Source: Gemmatimonadetes bacterium 13_2_20CM_2_65_7
Lineage (GTDB): Bacteria > Gemmatimonadota > Gemmatimonadetes > Gemmatimonadales > GWC2-71-9
DNA: 64,000 nt
Reading direction: 5' to 3'
Assembly (NCBI GenBank): GCA_001915025.1
Contig: MNDR01000039.1
Coordinates: 1,132-65,131, forward strand
Of this stretch, positions 24,721-35,019 are shown one piece after another; position 1 is the first letter of the stretch, and the number at the start of each line of letters is the position of its first letter. A program made the position numbers and the translations under genes. Under the pieces are notes generated by a model. The model searched no databases. It saw nothing but the letters and a program-made list of their open reading frames with translations, and was not told the DNA's origin.

Positions 24721-26196
24721 TTACGTGAAGAGGTTTGGTCCGGGGCTCGGCCCTTTGAATGGCGGCTTCGGTTCACTGCGCGCCCGGACATAGCCGAGCT
24801 CCTCGCTGCGCGCGATGCGTTTTTCAGCGACCAGCCCTTCGAGCACCAATTCGCACGCCGAAACCATCGTGGCGGGATCCTTCTTGCCGGCGAGACCGAC
24901 CTGATCCACCAGGTCGAGCAAGCCGGGAACGACGCTGAACCCCTTGAGCAGCGCCTCGGAGCGGTCGTCGGGCGTAATCTTCAACGCGCCGCCTTCGTCG
25001 AACCAGTGAACGATGTCGTCCACGTTGGCGCCACCGACGCGGCCTTCGAAGGTTCGACCCGCCGCGCGTCGAATCAAGTCTTTGGCGATCGTCTCCGCTC
25101 CCTGCAGCTCGCCTTCGTACTCGAGCTCGAGCTTGCCGGTGATGGCGGGAAGCGCTGCATACACGTCGGAGATTCGCGGCACGACGGTCTTCTCTTTCGT
25201 CACAATCGTGCGGCGCTCGGCATTCGACAGCACGTTATCGAGCACGCTGATCGGCAGCCGCTGCGAGACGCCGCTGCGGCGATCTACGCGCTTGTCGTCG
25301 CGCGCTTCGAACGCGATTCGCTCGATCAGCTCCGCCATGAAGTCGGGAACGCGAATCGAGCGACCGCCGCCGTTGCGCTCGACCCACGCCTCCTGTTGCG
25401 TGATCGTGGAGCCGAGCTCGACCGTGAGGGGGTAGTGGGTCGTGATCTCTGAACCGATCCGGTCCTTGAGCGGCGTGATGATCTTCCCGCGGGCCGTGTA
25501 ATCCTCGGGGTTGGCGGTGAACACGAGCGCCACATCGAGGTTGAGGCGAACGGGATAGCCTTTGATCTGGACGTCGCCTTCCTGCATGATGTTGAACAAG
25601 CCCACCTGAATCTTGCCCGCGAGATCGGGAAGCTCGTTGATCGCGAAGATCGCGCGGTTCGCGCGGGGCAAGAGCCCGAAATGCATCGTGAGCTCGTCGG
25701 ACAGCAGGTGGCCGCCGCGCGCGGCCTTGATCGGATCGACGTCCCCGATGATGTCGGCGATGGTGACGTCCGGCGTCGCCAGCTTTTCGACGAAGCGCAG
25801 CTCGCGCGCCAGCCAGGCGATCGGCGTCTTGTCGCCACGCTCGGCGATCAGCTCGCGGCCGTACTTGGAGATCGGCTCGAATGGATCGTCGTTGACCTCG
25901 CTGCCCGCGAGAATCGGAATCTCTTCGTCGAGCAGCGTGATGAGCTGGCGCAGGATGCGGCTCTTCGCCTGACCGCGCAGGCCCAGCAGAATGAAGTTGT
26001 GGCGAGACAGAATCGCGTTGACGAGCTGCGGAATGACGGTTTCCTCATAGCCCACGATGCCGGGAAACAGCGTCGCGCCGTTCTCGAGCAGGCAGATGAG
26101 ATTCTCGCGCATCTCGTCCTTGACGGTGCGCTGGCGGCGAGCGGGACTGGCCCACTCCGTTTGTTTCAGCTCAGCAAGAGTCGTTGCCTGTGTCAT
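24721..26196 (-). CDS. Mg-chelatase (BchI)-like AAA+ ATPase
   Basis: 491 aa with a BchI-like N-region [20 protein letters not shown] and a variant P-loop GLRGQAKSR. The Walker B / sensor region is [11 protein letters not shown]...[26 protein letters not shown]. Confidence 0.7.
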   Translation of the reverse strand: MTQATTLAELKQTEWASPARRQRTVKDEMRENLICLLENGATLFPGIVGYEETVIPQLVNAILSRHNFILLGLRGQAKSRILRQLITLLDEEIPILAGSEVNDDPFEPISKYGRELIAERGDKTPIAWLARELRFVEKLATPDVTIADIIGDVDPIKAARGGHLLSDELTMHFGLLPRANRAIFAINELPDLAGKIQVGLFNIMQEGDVQIKGYPVRLNLDVALVFTANPEDYTARGKIITPLKDRIGSEITTHYPLTVELGSTITQQEAWVERNGGGRSIRVPDFMAELIERIAFEARDDKRVDRRSGVSQRLPISVLDNVLSNAERRTIVTKEKTVVPRISDVYAALPAITGKLELEYEGELQGAETIAKDLIRRAAGRTFEGRVGGANVDDIVHWFDEGGALKITPDDRSEALLKGFSVVPGLLDLVDQVGLAGKKDPATMVSACELVLEGLVAEKRIARSEELGYVRARSEPKPPFKGPSPGPNLFT

Positions 26197-26214
26197 GGCT
26201 CGACGTTAATCCCT

Positions 26215-28980
26215 TCAACCCGTGCTCTGCAACCCTTGCGCTATCCCCCGCACACTTGCCAACAGCGCCCGAAACAGGTCGTTGTCGGGCCGGCCGCCGG
26301 CGCGCCACCGCTCCAACAGATCGATCTGGAGCAGACTCATCGGGTCCACGTAAGGATTGCGGAGTAGAATCGAGCGCTGCAGCGCCGGATCGGAGTCGAG
26401 CAGCGCGTTCTCCCGCTTCAACGCGAGCACGTTGGCCACGGTGCGATCGAACTCCGCCCGAATCAGCGGGAAGTAGCGTTCCCCCAACTCACCTGCGAGG
26501 CACGCGTAGCGCGCCGCGATGGAGAGATCCGCGGTGCCGAGCACTATCTCGACGTCGTCGATGAGCGCTCGCAGAAACGGCCACTCGCGGAGCATGTCAC
26601 CAAGCGTTGCCGTGCCGTTGCGCTCTGCTGCACGGTCCAGCGCCGTGCCCAGACCATACCAGCCGGGCAGCAGGTGGCGGCTCTGAGTCCAGGCGAACAC
26701 CCACGGGATCGCGCGCAGCCGCTCGATCTCACCGCTCTGTTGCTCCTCGCTCTGGCGTGACGCGGGGCGACTGCCGATTTCCATGCGCTGGATGACGTCG
26801 ATCGGCGTTGCCAGCCGGAAGTACTCCACGAAGCGCGGGTCGTCGTACACAAGAGCGCGGTACGCCGCGCGGCTGTCGCGAGCGATGTCGTCCATGATGC
26901 TGCTCCAACCGGTCTCGCGAGCATCAGGCGCTCGGGGAGGGGGCTGAGCGGTCGCGAGCGTCACGGCGCTCACGGTCTGCTCGAGCGTGCGCATCGCGAT
27001 GCCGCGCAGACCGTACTTCGCGTTGATGACCTCGCCCTGTTCCGTGACGCGCAGTCGTCCCCGGACCGATCCCACGGGTGCGCTCAGAATCGCGCTCGCG
27101 ATCTTGCCGCCCCCGCGGCTCACCGTTCCGCCGCGACCATGAAAGAATGTCAGGTCGACGCCAGACCGGTCCAACGTCTCGACGAGCGCCGCCTGCGCCC
27201 GCTGTAGCGCCCAGCGCGCCGCGCCGATCCCCGCGTCCTTGTTGCTGTCGGAGTATCCGATCATCACCACCTGGTGCATACCGCGTTCGGCGAGGTGGGC
27301 ACGGTAATAGGGGTCGTCCAGTAGTGCACGCATGACGTGCGGCGCGTCTTCGAGGTCGGCCACCGTCTCGAAAAGGGGCGCGACGTCCAGTGCGATGTGC
27401 TTCGTTCCCGGCTGCGCGAGCCCACCCCAACGGCCGAGGAGAAGGACCGCGAGGACGTCGTCTGCTCCTTGCGTCATGCTGATGATGTACGGCCCCACGG
27501 CGTCCGGCCCAAAGCGCGCGCGGCACTCGGCGATCGCCTTGAATACCTCCAGCGTGCGCGTGGCCGGCGTGTCAGGGGATGCCCCCCCCGGGGGCTTCTC
27601 TCCTTGCTCGAGCGCGCGGCGCAGCCGCGCGAGACGGTCAGCCGGAGCTCGGGTACTCCAATCGGGGTCGCCCAACAGGGTCGCGAGCACGTCGCGATGG
27701 ACATGCGCGTGTTGTCGCACGTCGATCGTGGCGAGGTGAAAGCCGAACGTCTCGACGCGGCGCAGCAGCCGCTGCACAGCGAACAGTCCCGCGTGCTCGC
27801 CGCGGTGTGCGCGCAGACTCGCGATGACAACGCCCAGATCACGCTCGAGCTCGGCCGCGGTGGGGTAGCCGTTCGACGGGGACTCATCGCGTCGCGTCGC
27901 ATCGAGGCGCGCCGCCATCAGACTGAGCAGCAGGCGGTATGGCATATCGTGATAGCGCGTCGGAATCGCGGCCAGCGTCTTGGGGAATTGGGCGCCGTAC
28001 GTCGCGACGCGCTCGCGCACGGCGTCGCTCACGCCGGTGCGCGCTCCCGACTGCGACAGACGGCGCGCCAGCGCTGCTGCCTCGCGGCGGTACAGCTCGA
28101 CTACCAACTCACGTTGGCGCGCCAGGGCGGAGCGCAGCGTCTCAGCGCCGGCGTTGGGATTGCCGTCCATGTCCCCGCCAACCCACGAGCCGAAGCGGAG
28201 GACCGGCCGTGCCGGTACCTGGATGTCGTACACGTTGCGGACGGCCTGCTCCAACTCTTCGTAGAACGGCGGGACGATGCGGTAGACGACGTCCGTCAGA
28301 TAGAAGAGCACGTTCTCGAGCTCGTCCATCACGGTGGGACGCGCCGAGGGCTGCGGATCGGTCTGCCACGTAATGGTGACTTCTTCGCGAATCCGCGCCA
28401 GCGCGGCGCGCTCTTCGTCGGGCGTGCGCGACGGATCGAGCCGCTCCACGAGCAGCCGGCCGATCACCTGTTCCTTCTCGAGCAGCGTGCGCCGGGTCGC
28501 TTCGGTCGGATGTGCGGTGAATACCGGCTCGATCCGCAGCCGTTGGAGCAGAGCCGCGATCTGAGGCGGCGGGATGCTCGCGGCCGCCAGCCGCCCGACC
28601 GTGGCCTTGAGACTGCCCTCCTGCGGATCGCTCGCGCTGCGCAGATAATCGCGGCGGCGCCGGATGCGGTGAATCCGCTCGGCGAGGTTGACGACTTCGA
28701 AGTAGGTCGCGAACGCGCGGACCAGTGTTTCGGCATCGCGCGGTGGCAAGCCACCCACCAGCGCATGTAGCTCCTGATCCGCTGAGGCGATCGCGGCGCG
28801 GCGGGCGCGCTCGACGAGCTGGAAGAACGTGTCGCCACACTGTTCGCGCAAAACGTCTCCGACGAGTGCGCCGAGCGTGCGGACGTCGTCGCGCAGCTGC
28901 GCGTCCTTGGGAGCAAACTTGACTTCGCGGCTCAGGGAGCCTCGGCAGGGATGAAGAGCCGGGCCGCGGCGACTCCCCAC
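26215..28980 (-). CDS. ppc: Phosphoenolpyruvate carboxylase
   Basis: 921 aa with PEPC motifs VFTAHPTE, GYSDSNKDAG, FHGRGGTVSRGGG and the C-terminal ...GIAQGLQSTG. GTG 28980 overlaps the next gene's 3' end by 49 nt, so the exact start is uncertain. Confidence 0.9.
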   Translation of the reverse strand: MGSRRGPALHPCRGSLSREVKFAPKDAQLRDDVRTLGALVGDVLREQCGDTFFQLVERARRAAIASADQELHALVGGLPPRDAETLVRAFATYFEVVNLAERIHRIRRRRDYLRSASDPQEGSLKATVGRLAAASIPPPQIAALLQRLRIEPVFTAHPTEATRRTLLEKEQVIGRLLVERLDPSRTPDEERAALARIREEVTITWQTDPQPSARPTVMDELENVLFYLTDVVYRIVPPFYEELEQAVRNVYDIQVPARPVLRFGSWVGGDMDGNPNAGAETLRSALARQRELVVELYRREAAALARRLSQSGARTGVSDAVRERVATYGAQFPKTLAAIPTRYHDMPYRLLLSLMAARLDATRRDESPSNGYPTAAELERDLGVVIASLRAHRGEHAGLFAVQRLLRRVETFGFHLATIDVRQHAHVHRDVLATLLGDPDWSTRAPADRLARLRRALEQGEKPPGGASPDTPATRTLEVFKAIAECRARFGPDAVGPYIISMTQGADDVLAVLLLGRWGGLAQPGTKHIALDVAPLFETVADLEDAPHVMRALLDDPYYRAHLAERGMHQVVMIGYSDSNKDAGIGAARWALQRAQAALVETLDRSGVDLTFFHGRGGTVSRGGGKIASAILSAPVGSVRGRLRVTEQGEVINAKYGLRGIAMRTLEQTVSAVTLATAQPPPRAPDARETGWSSIMDDIARDSRAAYRALVYDDPRFVEYFRLATPIDVIQRMEIGSRPASRQSEEQQSGEIERLRAIPWVFAWTQSRHLLPGWYGLGTALDRAAERNGTATLGDMLREWPFLRALIDDVEIVLGTADLSIAARYACLAGELGERYFPLIRAEFDRTVANVLALKRENALLDSDPALQRSILLRNPYVDPMSLLQIDLLERWRAGGRPDNDLFRALLASVRGIAQGLQSTG

Positions 28981-31889
28981 GCGGCGAGATCGAGCGAGGC
29001 CCGTCCGTCATTAGTCACTGGGATCGCCTCACCATTCTGTTCGACGAGATTGGCGCGCCGCGCGAGCTTGAAGGCGTACGCGGCGGGCCACACGCCAACG
29101 GCGCGGGCCTGCCCGGCGACGTCGAGCAGCTTGACGATCACGCCCTCACCATCGTCCGCTCGTTTTGCGCCGACGATCATCACGCTCTTATCGGCATAGA
29201 ACAGCGCGCGATCCTTGGCGATCAAGGGTCCCGGAGTGTCGTTTGTGTACGACGGGCTCACGTAGAGTGGATCGCACGCCGCCCAGCCGCGCCGCACCGG
29301 TTCGGTTAGATCACCGGGCGCGAGCAGCGACAGCCTGAACCGAAACGTCACGGGGCCCCCCCCGCCTTGTGATGCGGCGTAGTTCGTATGCCAGTAGTTG
29401 TTCATCGCGTAGGCGAACAGCGTCCCGTCGGGGACGATGCTCCGGCGCCACGCGCCCCGCACGAGATCGTTCAACGTGAACAGAGGAGTATCGGGTGCGC
29501 TCCACAACACCCCGTCCGCACCTTCGCGCAGCCAGACCCAGTGAGTGTGACAGTACCAGTCACGACAGCTGCCCGGCTGCTGGTCGCGATCGACGGTCAT
29601 GCGCCCCAGCGGTACTTCAAGCTCTACGGTCGGATTCGTAAACGAGAACGGGAAAGCGAGGTACAGCGCTTCTTTCGAGAGCGTCGGCAGCTTCACGATC
29701 CGATTCTGTATGTCGATCCACGGCAGCTCGTCGTACAGTGTCACGGTCGATGTGATCGAGGGAAACCCGTCGAGCGACCGGTCGACGACGAGCCGTACAC
29801 CGATTCCGGGGAGCCGCTCGCGCCGGCATTTGCCCAGCTTCGCCTGCGTGATGGAAAGTTGGGGCGGGTTCTTGAGATCGTTGCGGTCACCGGAGGTCCA
29901 CAACGCGCTGTGCTCACCACCGCGTGCGTAGACCAGCTGATTCAATCCCGACCACTCTGAGGGTCTCACGCGCTCCTTGCCGTCGGGTCCTGAGAACGAC
30001 CGAATGGCGCCACTTGCGGGATCGATGCGGACGCTGAAGCCACCGGCCGTGGCATCGAGCGCGTCCCCATCACCCGTTGCTGTGCGGGCTTCGCGATCGG
30101 CTTCAGTCATGGCCAGGTAGCCAACCGGCGGGACTTCGCGGAACAGCACCAGCGCGTCGCCATCCTCGAGATCCACGGACGGGAACTCGCGGCCTTCGTG
30201 CGTGAACGATTTGCCCGCGCCGCCCGGGATCCGCGCGACATCGCTGCGTTCCCAGGTGCCCGCGTTGAATACCAGGCGGCCTCGACCGGCCCGCGTCGCG
30301 CGGCCCAGTCTGGTGAGTCCATCGCGGAGATCGTCGTGGGCGGCGGCGGCGCCGGCATCGATGAATCGCTTCTTGTATGCCCACTGCGCGACGGTTTGAC
30401 GAGACGTAGGATCGGAGACGCTGACGTCGGCGCCCCAGGTGTGCTCGCCAAAGAGCAACAGGTCGCGCCACAGCGTCGCCCGATCGGTGGCGCGGTCGCG
30501 CCGCTTCTGGACCGCATCCTCGTCGTGCGGCTCGATGCGATCGTCCCAAAGCGCCACGATCTCGGCGGCACGAGCGGCCAGTTGCGCAGAGCGAAATGCC
30601 GCGAGCTCCGCCGCCGTCGAGGCTGCGCCGTCTTCCCAGTACGTCCCGGTATCACCGCGACGCACGGGGATGCGCGGTCCGTAGCGGCGTTCCACATCGC
30701 GGAAGAATTCATCAGGGCGGCCGGTGACGATGCGCGGGAAGACATAACGGCGGCCGAATTCCTCCACATTCGCGACCATCGCTTCTTTCATAGGCGCGTT
30801 GTCCTGCCAATCGGCGCCGTACAGCAAGGCGGTGTCGTAGGGCCAATCCTGCGCCAGCAATGCCGGTTGATTAAGGAGCCACTCGGAAAGACGATGGGCC
30901 ATTTCATCGGGGCCGGCGTCGAACCCGAAGCGCGCGCCATCGCCATAGTGATGCGCGCGCCAATGCAGCACCCGGCTGGCGTCCGGTCCCTCCCAGTAGT
31001 AGAGCTGCGGGTAGACGGTCCCCCCCCCCTCGCCGCGAGCACTTGGCGGCAGCAACGGCGCGGCGCGTTCGGGATTGGCGCCGCTGGCCAGGTACTTCAC
31101 GCCGCTCGCGGCGAGCAGCATTGGAAAGGTCAGCGTTTGGCCGGGAACGTCGGTAATCTGCGCCGTTGCGAACGTGAGACCGCGCTCTCTCGCGAGTTTT
31201 CCCGCCGGCCACACGAGCCGCGCGAACGTCTCGTGATCGAGAAGGCCCGTGAGCATGTTCGCGAACAGCGCTTGCCATCCGACTTTGCCGTCACGGATGG
31301 CCTGCAGGAGTGCGTCACCTGCGTCGCTCGATCGATTCTCCAAATAGGAGAGAACCTGCAGCGCGCACTCGGCGGTGAATCGAAAATCGCGATGGCTCGA
31401 GAGCCGCGCGACCGCCGCATCCAGGTTGCGGCGATGGATCTCGAGCGCGCGTTCCTGGAGATCGGTATAGCCAACGTCGGTGTGAATCGAGGCGAGCCAG
31501 TACAGCGTCCACCGTTTCGGCGGCGTGACGCGCACGCGCCGCCGTGCCGCGCGGTCGCGTCCGATTTCGACGTCGACTTGATATTCCGATGGCTCGGAGA
31601 GCGGCACCCAGAGTTCGCCGCTCAACGTCGCTCCTTCCGGCGAGGGGAGTAGCCCGGCGGTGCCGACGAGCGCACCGTGCCGATCCGTGACGCGGGCGCG
31701 TGCCGCCGGTGCGCTCAATCCCGCGACGGTGATGCGCGCCAGGTTCTTGCGGCCATCAGGTTGTTGAAACAGCGCGGTGGGACGGACTTCGATGACCGGT
31801 TGTTGCGACGGCGTTCCAAAAATGGAACGGCGCAGCGCCGGCATTATCGCGGCCAATGCAAGGAACGAGCGCCGATCAAAATTGGGCAT
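28932..31889 (-). CDS. Glycoside hydrolase family 38-like (alpha-mannosidase-like), Tat-signal bearing
   Basis: 985 aa. The N-terminal twin-arginine motif is DRRSFLALAAIMPAL. Its size and a WLASIHTDVGYTD (H-x-D) metal motif are consistent with the GH38 N-domain. Confidence 0.6.
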   Translation of the reverse strand: MPNFDRRSFLALAAIMPALRRSIFGTPSQQPVIEVRPTALFQQPDGRKNLARITVAGLSAPAARARVTDRHGALVGTAGLLPSPEGATLSGELWVPLSEPSEYQVDVEIGRDRAARRRVRVTPPKRWTLYWLASIHTDVGYTDLQERALEIHRRNLDAAVARLSSHRDFRFTAECALQVLSYLENRSSDAGDALLQAIRDGKVGWQALFANMLTGLLDHETFARLVWPAGKLARERGLTFATAQITDVPGQTLTFPMLLAASGVKYLASGANPERAAPLLPPSARGEGGGTVYPQLYYWEGPDASRVLHWRAHHYGDGARFGFDAGPDEMAHRLSEWLLNQPALLAQDWPYDTALLYGADWQDNAPMKEAMVANVEEFGRRYVFPRIVTGRPDEFFRDVERRYGPRIPVRRGDTGTYWEDGAASTAAELAAFRSAQLAARAAEIVALWDDRIEPHDEDAVQKRRDRATDRATLWRDLLLFGEHTWGADVSVSDPTSRQTVAQWAYKKRFIDAGAAAAHDDLRDGLTRLGRATRAGRGRLVFNAGTWERSDVARIPGGAGKSFTHEGREFPSVDLEDGDALVLFREVPPVGYLAMTEADREARTATGDGDALDATAGGFSVRIDPASGAIRSFSGPDGKERVRPSEWSGLNQLVYARGGEHSALWTSGDRNDLKNPPQLSITQAKLGKCRRERLPGIGVRLVVDRSLDGFPSITSTVTLYDELPWIDIQNRIVKLPTLSKEALYLAFPFSFTNPTVELEVPLGRMTVDRDQQPGSCRDWYCHTHWVWLREGADGVLWSAPDTPLFTLNDLVRGAWRRSIVPDGTLFAYAMNNYWHTNYAASQGGGGPVTFRFRLSLLAPGDLTEPVRRGWAACDPLYVSPSYTNDTPGPLIAKDRALFYADKSVMIVGAKRADDGEGVIVKLLDVAGQARAVGVWPAAYAFKLARRANLVEQNGEAIPVTNDGRASLDLAAWGVAAARLFIPAEAP

Positions 31890-31970
31890 AATTGCTATAA
31901 TTTAGCGATGCTTGACTGTGCGAATCCTCCGTGTACGTTTCGCCGTCCCCCAGCCCTCACAGGAGCTCGC

Positions 31971-32216
31971 ATGAAGCGCATCGCATTGGTCGTGGCGCTC
32001 GTCGTCATGGCCGCAGGCGCGTGTAAGAAGGCGCAACAGGGCGGCAGCATGGCTGCCGACAGCGCGCGAATGGCCGACTCGATGAAAATGGCCGATTCGA
32101 TGAAGATGACCGCGACGGACACGACGCATCACAAGGCCGACACGTCGAAGGCTCGCATGGATACCTCGCATGCGCGTCGTCCAGCTCGTCGTCCGACGAC
32201 CACACGGCGTCCGTAA
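31971..32216 (+). CDS. Small Met/His-rich lipoprotein (81 aa)
   Basis: AGGAG lies 6 nt upstream of ATG 31971. The signal peptide plus Cys is MKRIALVVALVVMAAGAC. An 18-bp tandem repeat encodes MADSMK MADSMK. High GC3, followed by a clean intrinsic terminator. Confidence 0.6.
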   Translation: MKRIALVVALVVMAAGACKKAQQGGSMAADSARMADSMKMADSMKMTATDTTHHKADTSKARMDTSHARRPARRPTTTRRP

Positions 32217-32241
32217 TCCGCTTGTCGTCTCGAAGGGAATC

Positions 32242-32275
32242 AAGCCCGGGTGCTCCCCGGGCTTTTGATTTTCTT
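32242..32275 (+). terminator. Rho-independent terminator after the small lipoprotein gene
   Basis: aagcccggg-tgctc-cccgggctt is a 9-bp GC-rich stem followed by ttttgattttctt. Confidence 0.75.
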
Positions 32276-33281
32276 AGACGTGTGTCGGCTGTATCGCCCG
32301 CGCAATCGCGACGCGGGCGTCAAACGGCGGCTCCCATCCCAGCTCATTCCGAATCCGATCCGTCGCGTACGGATTCTCACCCACAATGAATGAGACCGCC
32401 GCCGCGGCGAGGCCGGTGTAGCGCTGGGGCTGGAGCAGTCGCTGCAGCGTACTCCAGATCGCGACCCCGACGGCGGCGATGGTGATGGGAACGGGAACGA
32501 AACGGACTCGGATCCCCAGTTCCCGCGCGAACTGCCCGAAGAACTCACGCTGCGTCAGCAACGGCGGCCTGTCACGCGTGACGTTGTACGCGCGGAAACC
32601 CGTCGACGGCCGTGCATCGAGAGCAGCCAAAATCGCCGACGCGACGTTGCCTGCGTACACGCACGACAAGTGGTTCGTGCCCGGGCCGAAGCGCGGCAGC
32701 ACGCGGCGCCGCATCGTGGCAATGACGCGCGCCGTGAACAGGTTGTCGCGCTCTCCGTAGATCACGTTAGGCCTGACGGCTATGACGGACAGGCCGTCGC
32801 GCTCGGCTGCTGCGCGGATGATCTCCTCGGCTGCCCGCTTGCTGCGCGCGTAATAATCGTGCTCGGAAAGCGGTTGAAACGGGAAATCCTCGCCGCAGCC
32901 GCGCCCGCCGGCCGGCGGTTCGACAGAGCGCCCATAGACCGCGACCGTCGACACGTGGACGAGCGGGACGCGCAGCCGCCGCGCCGTCTCGACCGCGAGC
33001 CTGGTGCCGCCGACGTTGACGTGCATGAACTCATCGAGCGAGACGCGCGCAACGACGATCGCGGCGGCATGCACGATCGCTGTGACTTCACCTCCAGCGG
33101 CGGCGCGCTCCCACGCCCTGGGGTCTGTCACATCTCCGGTCACAGGCTCGGCACCAAAGCCCGCGACAATTGCCTGCGAATCGGGGCGCACGAGCGCCCG
33201 GACGCGTTCGCCACGGGCACGCAGGGCGTCGAGAAGATGAGTCCCCACGAGCCCACTGCCGCCCGAGATGAGGACGGTCAC
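32274..33281 (-). CDS. NAD-dependent epimerase/dehydratase (extended SDR)
   Basis: 335 aa with MTVLISGGSGLVGTHLLDAL (GxxGxxG) and a YARSK (YxxxK) catalytic motif. Confidence 0.8.
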   Translation of the reverse strand: MTVLISGGSGLVGTHLLDALRARGERVRALVRPDSQAIVAGFGAEPVTGDVTDPRAWERAAAGGEVTAIVHAAAIVVARVSLDEFMHVNVGGTRLAVETARRLRVPLVHVSTVAVYGRSVEPPAGGRGCGEDFPFQPLSEHDYYARSKRAAEEIIRAAAERDGLSVIAVRPNVIYGERDNLFTARVIATMRRRVLPRFGPGTNHLSCVYAGNVASAILAALDARPSTGFRAYNVTRDRPPLLTQREFFGQFARELGIRVRFVPVPITIAAVGVAIWSTLQRLLQPQRYTGLAAAAVSFIVGENPYATDRIRNELGWEPPFDARVAIARAIQPTHV

Positions 33282-34351
33282 GCCGGCCGGACGCTGGGAA
33301 CCGCGAACGGAAGATCGACGACGCGAGCCTCTCTGCCCGAGGCGCGCACGACGGCGCCTACCGGCACCTCGCGGCGGAGCACCGCCAAACCAATCCAGCG
33401 TCCCAGGAGCGAGCCGCCGCCGTCCGGCAACCAGGCGATGCTGGTGACGCGGCCGACCTCGCGTTCGTCATCCGTGACGGCACTCCAGCCGATCGCCGGA
33501 GCGGCCGGCGGATCCGTCTCGAAGAGCAGCCCACGCAGATGTCGGTTCGCGTGACCGCGGAAGTGCAGCCGGCTGACGGTTTCCTGGCCGGTGTAGCAGC
33601 CCTTCGTGTACGAGACACCGCCGATCTCATCGAAGCGCAGCTCCTGCGGGATCGTCTTCTCGTCGACTTCCGAGGCGAGTCGCGGCCACCCCGCGAGGAT
33701 CCGCGCCAGCTCCAGTGCGGCCGGCTGGCCTGGATGCGCACCACCGCGCACCAGCCGCTCTACCACGGCATCGCGATATTGCGAAGCGACCGTGATCTGA
33801 AGCAGGAAGGGCGCCGACTCGGGCGCGCGGGCGACTTCAAGCGGTATCTCGCCGACGGTCGTTTCGAGGACGCGATTCGGACCATGCGGCATCGGCAGGC
33901 CGGCGGCTCCCATCACTGCCGCGGCGTGTGCGCCGGTGATTCGCAGGACCGTCATGTCTTCGGTGCGATCCGCCGAGCGCGCGAGTCGCGGCGGCACCGA
34001 CCGTTGCAGGATCGTCAGCGCGCGGTCGCGCCCTTCCGTCGGCACGGTGAAGCGGACCCGCGACCCAAGGCGCGCGGCCCAGCCGTCCACGACGATCATC
34101 CCTTTCGGTGTGAGCAGCGCGCCGTACACGAACGCCCCGTCGCCCGGCTTTTCAATGTCACTCGTGAGCAATCCCTGAAAACAGGAGACCGCTCCCTCTC
34201 GGGAGCCCGCGCCGGTGAGATCGATGACGCCGACGTCGGCCGGCGCGACCACGGCGCCGGCGCGCAGCTGATCGACGATCTCGACCGGCACGTCGTCGCG
34301 ATCGAGGCGCACGACGGTGGGAGCAGACGCGGCGGGAAAGGTGTCGCTCAT
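33278..34351 (-). CDS. ygfZ: Folate-binding protein YgfZ (GcvT-like, Fe-S cluster repair)
   Basis: Start at MSDTFPAAS (ATG 34351, ATGA overlap). Carries the signature KGCYTGQETVSRLHFRG. Confidence 0.8.
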   Translation of the reverse strand: MSDTFPAASAPTVVRLDRDDVPVEIVDQLRAGAVVAPADVGVIDLTGAGSREGAVSCFQGLLTSDIEKPGDGAFVYGALLTPKGMIVVDGWAARLGSRVRFTVPTEGRDRALTILQRSVPPRLARSADRTEDMTVLRITGAHAAAVMGAAGLPMPHGPNRVLETTVGEIPLEVARAPESAPFLLQITVASQYRDAVVERLVRGGAHPGQPAALELARILAGWPRLASEVDEKTIPQELRFDEIGGVSYTKGCYTGQETVSRLHFRGHANRHLRGLLFETDPPAAPAIGWSAVTDDEREVGRVTSIAWLPDGGGSLLGRWIGLAVLRREVPVGAVVRASGREARVVDLPFAVPSVRPA

Positions 34352-35019
34352 AAGTCTGCGAGCTCGGCCGCGGTGTGTCCGGAAAATGAATCCCACACCA
34401 GCGCGGCGCCCCGGCCGCCGAATGTGCTCGCGGGGTAGTTCGTCGTCAGCATCACGCATGACATTCCTGCCGCGCGCGCCGCCTCGAGGCCCGGGCGGGA
34501 ATCCTCGATCGCGACGCATGCATTTGCCGCAACCGGTCGTCTCTTGTTGAAAGCGGCCTGGGCGGCGAGGTAGGCGGCAGGATCGGGTTTGCAATGCCGC
34601 ACATCATCCGCGGCGATGATGATCTCGAATCGATCCCCCAGCCCCGACTTGCGCAACACGACGTCAATCTCGCGGCGCAGTGCACCGGAAACGATTCCCA
34701 ACCGGTAGCGCCCGCCGGCATCGCGCACGAATTCGGTAGCACCCGGGACGAGCCGCAACGACTTCGCAACGAGCGCGAGATAGACGCGCGATTTGGCCTC
34801 GACGAGCCGATTCAAGATCTCGGTTGTCAGCGTGCGATTCGCGCGCCGAAACGCCTGAACGAATCCAGTGCGGTCGTCCAAGCCCAGATAGGCGGCGTAG
34901 TATTGCTCGCGTGACAGCGTGATGGCTTCGTCACGCAGGACGGCCTGGAGCGCCTCACAATGCTCCGCCTCATCGTCGACCAACACGCCGTTGAAATCGA
35001 ACAACACGGCTTCGGTCAC
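34348..35019 (-). CDS. HAD-IA hydrolase (candidate phosphoglycolate phosphatase)
   Basis: GTG 35019 (GTGA overlap). Motif I is LFDFNGVLVDDE, with IVSGALRREI, KPDPAAY and AIEDSRPGLEAARAAG also present. The long N-terminal part of tracked ORF 34348..35928 is out of frame relative to the next gene. Confidence 0.75.
   Translation of the reverse strand: MTEAVLFDFNGVLVDDEAEHCEALQAVLRDEAITLSREQYYAAYLGLDDRTGFVQAFRRANRTLTTEILNRLVEAKSRVYLALVAKSLRLVPGATEFVRDAGGRYRLGIVSGALRREIDVVLRKSGLGDRFEIIIAADDVRHCKPDPAAYLAAQAAFNKRRPVAANACVAIEDSRPGLEAARAAGMSCVMLTTNYPASTFGGRGAALVWDSFSGHTAAELADL

Noticed and set aside
27337-28770. 477-aa + strand ORF, plus several 100-290-aa ORFs in 26.2-29.0 kb
   Set aside because: These are antisense or alternative frames of ppc. 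Only the 26215..28980 minus frame shows PEPC signatures.
30198-31652. 484-aa + strand ORF
   Set aside because: It is antisense to the GH38-like gene, and its composition is artefactual (R/A/G-rich).
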